From: Promethearchaeia archaeon
GTDB lineage: Archaea; Asgardarchaeota; Lokiarchaeia; Sigyniarchaeales; SOKP01
Length of the DNA stretch: 32,000 nucleotides
Direction: 5' to 3'
Assembly: GCA_046497275.1 (NCBI GenBank)
Contig: JAWOFX010000186.1
Coordinates: 1 to 32,000 of the forward strand
Each line of letters begins with the position of its first letter. Position 1 is the first letter of the stretch. The notes under the pieces were generated by a model. That model had not been told where the DNA came from. It searched no databases and was given only the letters and a program-made list of their open reading frames with translations. Position numbers and translations under genes: made by a program. This document shows positions 1-7,776 of this stretch, in pieces.

Positions 1-420
1 TTGGAAGCTGTGAAAAAACTCGGAAAAGATAATTCATGCTTAAAAGGAGAAACAGGAAAAGCAGTAAAAGTGATTTCTCATTTATTAAAATTTATTCCGA
101 AAAACAATGAATATAAAGTAATTTTTATGAATCGGGATATAAATGAAGTGATAAAATCACAACAGAAAATGCTCGGTGATTTCGAGAAAAAATATCCTAA
201 AGTGCTTATGAAAGCGTTTGACAAAGAAGCAAGGTCAATGAAGAAATGGGCACTCGATCAAGAAAATATCAAGTTTTTAGATCTTAATTATACGGATATA
301 ATCAACAATCCATCTCGAGAAGTGAATAAAATAATCAATTTTCTTAATGCCCCGCTTAAGAGAGAAAAAATGATAAGGGTTGTTGATCCCTCTTTATATC
401 GCTCCAAAGTTAAAAAGTAG
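1..420 (+). CDS. Sulfotransferase-family protein, C-terminal part (5' truncated by window edge)
   Basis: AVKVISHLL, YKVIFMNRDINEVIKSQQKML and DPSLYR resemble small P-loop sulfotransferase-like proteins. The ORF runs off the window start, so the TTG at 1 is not a real start call. Confidence 0.6.
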   Translation: MEAVKKLGKDNSCLKGETGKAVKVISHLLKFIPKNNEYKVIFMNRDINEVIKSQQKMLGDFEKKYPKVLMKAFDKEARSMKKWALDQENIKFLDLNYTDIINNPSREVNKIINFLNAPLKREKMIRVVDPSLYRSKVKK

Positions 421-506
421 ATAAATAGAGAATTTTCTTATTAGAATTAATATGTATGATATTTTACCCTAGAATAAAGTAAAAGTAAATAAAAAATAAG
501 AATTAT

Positions 507-1277
507 CTAATCTTGTTCTTCTGCTTCCTCTCTTCCCATTAATCTCATTACGGCGTCGGCAAGTTTATTCTGTCTTTTACTGGTGATTCCTTTAATCTTT
601 CCAACCTTTCCTAGAACTCTTTCCATGATCGCGTTCCACACAGACCCTGGCTCTCCTTTTACATCCATGAACCGATCTCGAAATACTTCAACACTAATAT
701 TTTCATAATTTTTAGCTGCTTCAGAACATTTAAAGCATAAAATGCATAAATCTTTATCCACTACTATTTCACCATCCTCGACTGAAAGCGCTCCGACAGC
801 ACATTCATCAGCAAACTCTTCAAGAACTTTCTTATCCTTTTCTTCGGATGTGATTTTTATGCTACCATCGACAACTTTTCTAACTTTGTTTCCATTTTCA
901 AGTGTTCTTACTTGCTCTTTAAATTTAGGAAGAGAGTCATTCTCCACAAGTGGGATTCTTTCTTCTCCGTTGATATAGAGTTTTAGCGTATATCCTGGAC
1001 AAACCCATGAACAGCTTCCGCACCAGATACAGCGCTCGGTATTAACGACGATTTTTTTATCCGAATCCATTTTCATTTCTTCTGGTGTACCGATTGCAGT
1101 TTTTTTGATCGGTTCATCGTAAATAGAAATCGTGACAGGACACACACGATGACAAAACCCACATTCCAAGCACTTCGATTCGTCATATTCGAGAATCATC
1201 TCGTGATTGAGCATCTTATAAACGTAATGGGTAATATTCTCGTCTACTTCGATAGTTTTTTTGGCTGGTAATGACAT
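507..1277 (-). CDS. Polyferredoxin (about 3 x [4Fe-4S]), FwdF-like
   Basis: CLECGFCHRVCP, CIWCGSCSWVCP, and a split third site (DECAVGA + CILCFKC). Confidence 0.8.
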   Translation of the reverse strand: MSLPAKKTIEVDENITHYVYKMLNHEMILEYDESKCLECGFCHRVCPVTISIYDEPIKKTAIGTPEEMKMDSDKKIVVNTERCIWCGSCSWVCPGYTLKLYINGEERIPLVENDSLPKFKEQVRTLENGNKVRKVVDGSIKITSEEKDKKVLEEFADECAVGALSVEDGEIVVDKDLCILCFKCSEAAKNYENISVEVFRDRFMDVKGEPGSVWNAIMERVLGKVGKIKGITSKRQNKLADAVMRLMGREEAEEQD

Positions 1278-1494
1278 TTTTTTTCAATTAAAGATATTAA
1301 TTTTATTCTTCTATATTGTTAAATGTTAAAGTAAATTAAAATTTATAACTTCACTATAAAAAGTAAAATTAAATCTCATCTTATACTCTTATGGATCTAA
1401 TATTAGAGAATTTTGTTTATTTTACTTTTTATATAATGTATTAAATGCTAGTCCTTTTATAGATTATATTTTCTAAGTTTTAAAAATAGAAATT

Positions 1495-2937
1495 TCATTC
1501 GAGATCTAAGATTTCTTTGGCAAAATCCTTTTTCTCTCCCACATCTGCTTGTCGGGCAATCATAATACGTTGAGCTTGAGGTGATCCTGCTCCGTGCATT
1601 GATTCTGTCCTATAACTCACAGAAGCTACTCCCATTGTTAAATTTTCTATGAACCGAAGAAGTTTAAACCGGTTAAGTACTGGTTCTTCACATGTATCTA
1701 GATATTTTTTCATATAATGACCTATTTCTTCCGAATTGAAATCCTCTTCAGAGGGTAGAGTAGCAATAAGTCCACCTGCTAAATCTTCCGCTAAACGAGC
1801 TATTTCATATGGAAATCTTGTAACATTTTGCTTGCAAACATTAGCCAATAACATATCCATTTCATAATTACCAGCATCTCTTTGAAATCCTAAGGCGCTA
1901 CACGCAATTCCACTGCTAAAAAGTGTTTCATTTAAATGGATCATTTCTACCAATTTATCTTTAATATGAGAGCTTCTTTCAACTCCATGATATTCAGAAA
2001 TAAGAGCCGAAGCACCAATTAAGACATCTCCAACACCAACTTTACACCCCCCATAAGATTGTCGATGAAAGCCAGCAAATCTATTGACCAAATCACTTGC
2101 AAATTCTATTTCTCCATTCATGAAAATATTTTCATATGGAATAAAAACATTATCAAAGATGACAAATATTTCTTGTCCCCCAAATTTATAATTACCTATA
2201 TCTAATTTGCCTTCCTCCATTTTTCGAGTATCGCTAGCTTGTCGTCCATATACCATTGTAATACCTTCAGCATTTGTATCGACTCCACAACTTATAGCAT
2301 ATTCCTCTTCTCCTTCTCTTAATGATAATGTGGGCATGATAATCGCCCTATGAGAATTTAAAAATCCTGTTTGGTGAATTTTAGCTCCTCTAACTATTAT
2401 TCCATCCTCCTTCTCATCCACAACATGTAAGAATGCATCAGGATCTGGTTGATCTTTCGGGCGCATCCCTCTATTTCCCTTTGTATCTGTCATGGCTCCT
2501 CCAACCATCAAATCTTTATTTTGAACATCAATCCAGTATTTTTTAAAGCGCTCATGATAATTAGTTCCGTATTTTTTGTCCAATTCATAAGTTACACTAT
2601 AAAGAGCATTCGCAGTATCAAATCCGACGCATCTTTGAAAACAACATGCAGTTTTCTGACCAAGTAATCGCTGCATTTTAACTTTTTTGATTAAATCATC
2701 AGTAGATTGATGAATATGTGTAAACCGATTTATCGTTTCACCGGTTAAATGTGATGTCGCTGTCATCACATCTTTATATTCTTCCATCTGGGCTAATTCA
2801 TATATTTTCATTACAGTTCTAATAGAGGGCTTGATTATTGGATGGTTCCAAAATTCCTCTACTTTCTTACCAAACATATACAAATTGACGGGTCGTTTAA
2901 TACTTTCCAGATATTCTTCAGGGGTTTTTAATGGCAT
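1495..2937 (-). CDS. abfD: 4-hydroxybutyryl-CoA dehydratase / vinylacetyl-CoA isomerase (480 aa)
   Basis: CCFQRCVG and HRQSYGGC supply the Cys/Cys/His/Cys [4Fe-4S] ligands of AbfD; also MTDTKGNR and HGAGSPQAQR. Start moved from 3003 to the ATG at 2937 (MPLKTPEEY), which matches the family N-terminus. Confidence 0.9.
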   Translation of the reverse strand: MPLKTPEEYLESIKRPVNLYMFGKKVEEFWNHPIIKPSIRTVMKIYELAQMEEYKDVMTATSHLTGETINRFTHIHQSTDDLIKKVKMQRLLGQKTACCFQRCVGFDTANALYSVTYELDKKYGTNYHERFKKYWIDVQNKDLMVGGAMTDTKGNRGMRPKDQPDPDAFLHVVDEKEDGIIVRGAKIHQTGFLNSHRAIIMPTLSLREGEEEYAISCGVDTNAEGITMVYGRQASDTRKMEEGKLDIGNYKFGGQEIFVIFDNVFIPYENIFMNGEIEFASDLVNRFAGFHRQSYGGCKVGVGDVLIGASALISEYHGVERSSHIKDKLVEMIHLNETLFSSGIACSALGFQRDAGNYEMDMLLANVCKQNVTRFPYEIARLAEDLAGGLIATLPSEEDFNSEEIGHYMKKYLDTCEEPVLNRFKLLRFIENLTMGVASVSYRTESMHGAGSPQAQRIMIARQADVGEKKDFAKEILDLE

Positions 2938-3095
2938 ATATAATAACCAAATTGAATTTTTATGTATAAGAAAAATTACTAATAAATAAGGATAATTATT
3001 CATCTTAATAAGGGATTTGAAAAAAATATTTTTAGTTTCTTGACTTTATTCCAAGAGAACCTTGTATATTTATATAAATTTAAGTATTCCAGAAT

Positions 3096-3100
3096 GAGGT
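3096..3100 (+). promoter_or_regulatory. Shine-Dalgarno-like GAGGT upstream of ATA 3108
   Basis: Same motif and same 7-nt spacing as the GAGGT before the mvhD ATG (11932-11936). Confidence 0.55.
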
Positions 3101-3107
3101 AATAAAA

Positions 3108-3878
3108 ATAAAAAAACTAACTTTAGAAGAAGTAAATAAACTGCTATCTTATTGGAGTAATCATAATAACGAACATAAAAATGATATTAAAAAATGGATT
3201 TCTCGAATTAAACCTTCCCTATCTAAGGAATTTATAAACAAATTAGAAAAAGTAATTGAATTATTTGAAGATATGGATGAAATTTTTGAATCTATAAAAT
3301 ATAATGTTGAAAATAGCGCTAAAGAAAGAAATTTAGAAATAAAGAAACCACAAGAAATAGAACACAGAAAAAAAGAAGAAAACAAGTCAGAAAAATTTAA
3401 ATTAAAAAAGATTGGAACGATTCACACGCCATATATAGATACTGCTCCCTATCAACCTGTCAAAGAGGATCAAGCGGAATTTAAAATTACTGTGGATCCT
3501 CAATATATTGAAAGTCTTCATAAACTTGACAAATTTCGCTATATATACGTGCTTTATTATATTCATCTTGTTTCGCGAGAAATTAATGATATCGTTTCAC
3601 CTCCTTGGACAGGTGGAGCTGAGGTTGGAGCTTTTGCTAGCAGATCTCCTTTACGCCCGAATTTGATAGGATTAAGCGTAGTACAATTAAAAAAGATCGA
3701 GGGTAATAATATTTTCATAAGTTCAATAGATTGTTTTGATGGTACTCCTTTGCTTGATATTAAACCTTATATTAAAGATTTAGATTCTAAATCTGATGCG
3801 AATTATGGATGGATTGAGGATTTAGATGGATATGAACATCTTCTTCTACATATAAAGGGAATTCCGCATGATTATTAA
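3108..3878 (+). CDS. trmO: TrmO/TsaA-like SAM-binding methyltransferase with N-terminal His-rich helical extension (proposed ATA start, 256 aa)
   Basis: IGTIHTPY, GAFASRSPLRPNLIGLS and DCFDGTPLLDIKPY are TsaA motifs. The frame is open 55 codons upstream of the ATG at 3273, with GAGGT 7 nt before the ATA at 3108. Family call is firm; start codon is inferred. Confidence 0.8.
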   Translation: MKKLTLEEVNKLLSYWSNHNNEHKNDIKKWISRIKPSLSKEFINKLEKVIELFEDMDEIFESIKYNVENSAKERNLEIKKPQEIEHRKKEENKSEKFKLKKIGTIHTPYIDTAPYQPVKEDQAEFKITVDPQYIESLHKLDKFRYIYVLYYIHLVSREINDIVSPPWTGGAEVGAFASRSPLRPNLIGLSVVQLKKIEGNNIFISSIDCFDGTPLLDIKPYIKDLDSKSDANYGWIEDLDGYEHLLLHIKGIPHDY

Positions 3879-3907
3879 TTAATTTATCAAGAACAAAGAT
3901 AATTTAA

Positions 3908-4453
3908 TCATTTTGTTTTATTTCTGAAGAAGTCCAATAGTTCTTCCATCCAATCTGCTAATTCCACGTTAGAAGGAGAATCGTAAGAAGGATGGTGAAA
4001 TTTTATATCGATTATTGGACTTCTATCAAGAGCATCTAATCCTATTACTTTTAATACCCTGCCATCTCTTTCTAAAAGTTCTACAGTTGTAGAACATATT
4101 GGATTAGGTCTAATAGGGCTTCTTGTAGCAAATACTCCAACCATAGGAAACTCGTTTTTTCCTGCGGGATGAACTTTGTAGACTGAGCGAGCTTCTTCAC
4201 CAACAGTATGGGACCAATATAGAACTATAATATGAGAAAAATCTTCTATCCCTTCTAAACACTCTTCATATGTTTCATAGATAATAAGTTCAGATATCTG
4301 ATCTTTACCGGTTTTTGACCTGGATAAGATATCTTCATCAAGTTTTAGATCGCGATTTTGATATTTAAGAGAAGCTTCTCTATAATTGCTTCTCACTATA
4401 CCTATGGGTTTAATTACAAAATTTTCTACATTCTCCTCTTTATTTTTAGACAT
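3908..4453 (-). CDS. trmO: Second TrmO/TsaA-like methyltransferase
   Basis: IKPIGIVRS, LEGIEDFSHIIVLYW, GVFATRSPIRPNPI, LDALDRSPIIDIK. Confidence 0.85.
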   Translation of the reverse strand: MSKNKEENVENFVIKPIGIVRSNYREASLKYQNRDLKLDEDILSRSKTGKDQISELIIYETYEECLEGIEDFSHIIVLYWSHTVGEEARSVYKVHPAGKNEFPMVGVFATRSPIRPNPICSTTVELLERDGRVLKVIGLDALDRSPIIDIKFHHPSYDSPSNVELADWMEELLDFFRNKTK

Positions 4454-4498
4454 TATAATTTAAACTCTCCATTTAAAGCGCATTTTTTTCTTTTTATT

Positions 4499-5035
4499 TT
4501 ATTCAGATTTTTTTCTAAAATTTAACAAAATTCCTTTTTCTATGTGGTTTTCATGAACAAGTTTTCTATTATATTCACTTTCTAAAATAAACCCCATTTT
4601 TTGCATCGTTTTTTTAAAGCATTCCACGCCATTTGGGCTGGTATGAGTGGGAAACACAGAAATTAAAGAATTTTCCTTTGCTAATTTCTTCATATCCTCA
4701 AATAACTTAACAGTTTTCGCTTCTTTTGCCCCAAAATACCAGAAAATATCATAAAAAAGCATGATATCTACCTTTTTTGGTAGAGAAATTCCTGATTCTA
4801 CATCTTCTTCGATAATTTCTATATTCTGCAAGTTTTTTTCTTTGATTTTCTTTTTTAAATCATCTAGTTTACTACTATTCCGATCGACCGCAAAAACTTT
4901 ACCATTAATCCCAACTAACTCTCCAGCAGGAATTGTGTAAGTACCATTACCACAACAACAATCCAAAACCCATTGGTCTTTAGAAATTCCTACATCTTTT
5001 AGAGTTTGTATAGCATATTTTTTTAAATCGTCCAT
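4499..5035 (-). CDS. Class I SAM-dependent methyltransferase
   Basis: Motif I variant VLDCCCGNG, then GKVFAVD and an acidic post-II region. Confidence 0.8.
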   Translation of the reverse strand: MDDLKKYAIQTLKDVGISKDQWVLDCCCGNGTYTIPAGELVGINGKVFAVDRNSSKLDDLKKKIKEKNLQNIEIIEEDVESGISLPKKVDIMLFYDIFWYFGAKEAKTVKLFEDMKKLAKENSLISVFPTHTSPNGVECFKKTMQKMGFILESEYNRKLVHENHIEKGILLNFRKKSE

Positions 5036-5257
5036 TTTTTAAATTTTTTTAACAAAAATCTCCTTAATATGTAGCAATCTCAAATCTAAATTTATAAACT
5101 AAATTCAAGATTTCTTCTAAGCCTAGTAAGGAATAGAATCCTTAATATTCTTTTTTTAAATTATTTCTTCAAAATTACAAAAATGTAAAAGGTATTTATA
5201 TAAAGGAAAGATTTAAAATTTCAAGTAAGAATTTTTTATAATTTTTGGTCTTATATT

Positions 5258-5722
5258 GTGGTATTTGTGAAGTTTCCAGAAATTACGGGGATGGCTTTAA
5301 ATAATATTCCATTTACTATCCCAAATGATTTAGGGAGTAAACTAAATATTTTAATTCTCCCATGTGGAAAATCTAACAAATTAAATTTGGAAAGATGGAT
5401 ATCCTTCATGGAAACCTTGATTTCTGATATAAATTTCTTGGATTATTACCAAATTCATATCTATAATAAAAAACTTGCAGTTTTGAGAAGATATATGAGT
5501 AGGAGAGCACGAAGACGTATTCTAAATAGAAATATTAACAGAATAATTAATTTTTACCATGATCTAAATACTTTTAAAAATTCTCTCAATCTTGAAAGTT
5601 ACAAAAACGTTTATATCTTTTTGATTAACCAAGAAGGAGATATCCTATGGAGAACCGAAGGTATATACGATCTTGATAAAGCTCAATTATTAAAGCAGAA
5701 AATAATTGAACATATGATCTGA
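5258..5722 (+). CDS. Thioredoxin-like fold protein (ATP10-like family), no CxxC
   Basis: FPEITGxxL...P.D...LNIL and FLINQEGDILWRTEG pattern recalled from ATP10-like proteins; GTG start. Confidence 0.5.
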   Translation: MVFVKFPEITGMALNNIPFTIPNDLGSKLNILILPCGKSNKLNLERWISFMETLISDINFLDYYQIHIYNKKLAVLRRYMSRRARRRILNRNINRIINFYHDLNTFKNSLNLESYKNVYIFLINQEGDILWRTEGIYDLDKAQLLKQKIIEHMI

Positions 5723-5828
5723 ATTCAATGTTTTCTATTAAATTTAGATATTTTCATATAAACTGAAATTTTATTAAGGTTGAAAATTAATTCCAATCAT
5801 AATAAATAATAAATAAAGGTTTAGTAAA

Positions 5829-6866
5829 ATGGGAGATCAAATAGAAATTACAGAATCATCAAAATTATTTAAGGAGGATGGGTCCCTTGTTAAAACAGGA
5901 TGGGCGAGGAAACCATTATTAAAATATAATAAGGAAGATATAGGAAAAAGTTGGTGGAGAATAAAGGAGTGGGATCATTACTCTGTTTTAAATAAAGATT
6001 TTGGATTCCAACTTACTATTGGAGATATTGGATATCTCACTCAAATGAGTTATGTCTGGCTTGATTTCAATAAAAGAGAGCGTGAGGACGTAAGTACCAT
6101 GAAATTTTTTACTAAATCTAAGATATTGCCACTTAGCTCAGTAAAGGATAGTTTAACAGAGTTTCCTACCGATAAATTTAAGGCAACTATAGAAAAAAAA
6201 GGTAATAAAAGAATTCTTACAATTGATGATCCAAATTTCTTAGAAAAAGGAATCAAAGGAACTATTATTCTTGAAGATAAACCAGATTGGGATAATACTG
6301 TTATAGTAACGGGATATGAAAAACCTAAACTATTCTACTATAATCATAAAATCAATATGATGCCTGCTGAAGGAACACTAAAAATTGGTGCACAGGATTA
6401 TACGTTTACACCTGATAAATCATTTGGATTAATGGACTGGGGACGTGGTATCTGGCCATATAACACTCATTGGTTGTGGGGAAGTGCTTGTGGGATGGTT
6501 GATAATATCCCTGTAGCGTTTAATATTGGTTATGGTTTTGGTCAAGTAGGAAGTGAAGAGGGAGCGACACATACGGAAAACATCGTATTTTATAATGGAA
6601 AGGCACATAAACTTGATGAAATTACCTTTCATCATGAGAATCGAGATCCAACAAAACCATGGAAATTCACTAGTAATGATGGGAGATTTAATATGGTATT
6701 AGAACCTCTTATTCCGCATAGAGAGAAACTTAATTTTGGAATTATAAAATTAGATTCATCATTATTGCATGGAGTCTACTCAGGAGATATAATATTAGAT
6801 GATGGAACAAAAATACACATTGAAAATATGCTTGGTCATGCAGAGGATATTTACTGGAAATGGTAA
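5829..6866 (+). CDS. DUF2804-family protein
   Basis: GWARKPL, RIKEWDHY, DWGRGIWPY and HTENIVFYNGKAHKL. Confidence 0.75.
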   Translation: MGDQIEITESSKLFKEDGSLVKTGWARKPLLKYNKEDIGKSWWRIKEWDHYSVLNKDFGFQLTIGDIGYLTQMSYVWLDFNKREREDVSTMKFFTKSKILPLSSVKDSLTEFPTDKFKATIEKKGNKRILTIDDPNFLEKGIKGTIILEDKPDWDNTVIVTGYEKPKLFYYNHKINMMPAEGTLKIGAQDYTFTPDKSFGLMDWGRGIWPYNTHWLWGSACGMVDNIPVAFNIGYGFGQVGSEEGATHTENIVFYNGKAHKLDEITFHHENRDPTKPWKFTSNDGRFNMVLEPLIPHREKLNFGIIKLDSSLLHGVYSGDIILDDGTKIHIENMLGHAEDIYWKW

Positions 6867-6895
6867 AAAAAAAATAAGATAAGATTTATTTAAAT

Positions 6896-7762
6896 TTATA
6901 TACTTCCAAAGAAATAAGCCACAATTACAAAAAACATCCCTATTCTCAACAGAATAAATACTTTCCCATTATATTTTTCTTCGAAATCGTATACCAAATT
7001 TAATATAACTGAAATGACTATGAGAATCATTGCGATTAGCATTGGGAACAAATAAAGAAAATAATTATATATTCCAGTTACAAATGGGATTAAAAGAAAC
7101 AAGATAGTTAGAAACTGTAGTATCAATACTATTTTCTGGGAAACATTGAGACCAAAAATATCAGCAAAGAATCGATATTCTTCATTATTACTTCTCTCTT
7201 GAGCAGATCTTTTACAGCTTTTTAAAATATCTTTCGAGAATTGAAGAGTCAAAACACCAAAAAAGAAGAAATAAAGATATAATGGAATCGAAATATCATT
7301 AAGTATAGCACCAAATATTAATCCAAATGAAACCGCAAAGCCAATATAAATTATCATTAAAATGCTTTTATTTTCCCATTCATCTCCGAAAAAACAAGAA
7401 AAATATAATATTATCCCAATAATTCCTAAAAGGATTAATAATATAATACTTCTCCCATAATAAAACACAAAAAACGATAAAATCCCATACGATATGAGAA
7501 AAAAAACTATGGATACTGTCAATACGATACTCTTTTTAGACAATTTTCTCTCCTTTGTGTCTTGAGGCAGTTTTAGATACAAGACAAGTAGCATCCCTGC
7601 AACAATTACTAGAAAATATATTATTGGTCCAAATACTAGGTTATCGATGAACCAATTATATCCAACATTAAATCGGCTATTTAATAAACCTAGAATAAGG
7701 AAAATTGTTCCTTTAAACCAATTAATTAATTGATATCTTCCGACAAACGCTTTAATTTTAAT
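6896..7762 (-). CDS. UbiA/DGGGP-synthase-like polytopic membrane protein lacking the Asp-rich motifs (proposed ATT start, 288 aa)
   Basis: About 8-9 hydrophobic helices. The frame is open 56 codons upstream of the ATG at 7594 (IKIKAF...GLLNSR...VAGM), with AGGTGA 6 nt before the ATT at 7762. KDILKSC aligns with the second UbiA motif position. Confidence 0.55.
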   Translation of the reverse strand: MKIKAFVGRYQLINWFKGTIFLILGLLNSRFNVGYNWFIDNLVFGPIIYFLVIVAGMLLVLYLKLPQDTKERKLSKKSIVLTVSIVFFLISYGILSFFVFYYGRSIILLILLGIIGIILYFSCFFGDEWENKSILMIIYIGFAVSFGLIFGAILNDISIPLYLYFFFFGVLTLQFSKDILKSCKRSAQERSNNEEYRFFADIFGLNVSQKIVLILQFLTILFLLIPFVTGIYNYFLYLFPMLIAMILIVISVILNLVYDFEEKYNGKVFILLRIGMFFVIVAYFFGSI

Positions 7763-7776
7763 AGTTCATCACCTTT

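Noticed and set aside
2938-3003. 22-aa hydrophobic N-terminal extension on AbfD as a signal peptide
   Set aside because: AbfD is cytoplasmic and the family start matches the ATG at 2937. The extension looks like translated AT-rich UTR.
4499-5035. CCC in methyltransferase motif I as a metal site
   Set aside because: It fits as a simple variant of DxGCG, with no other Cys cluster to complete a site.
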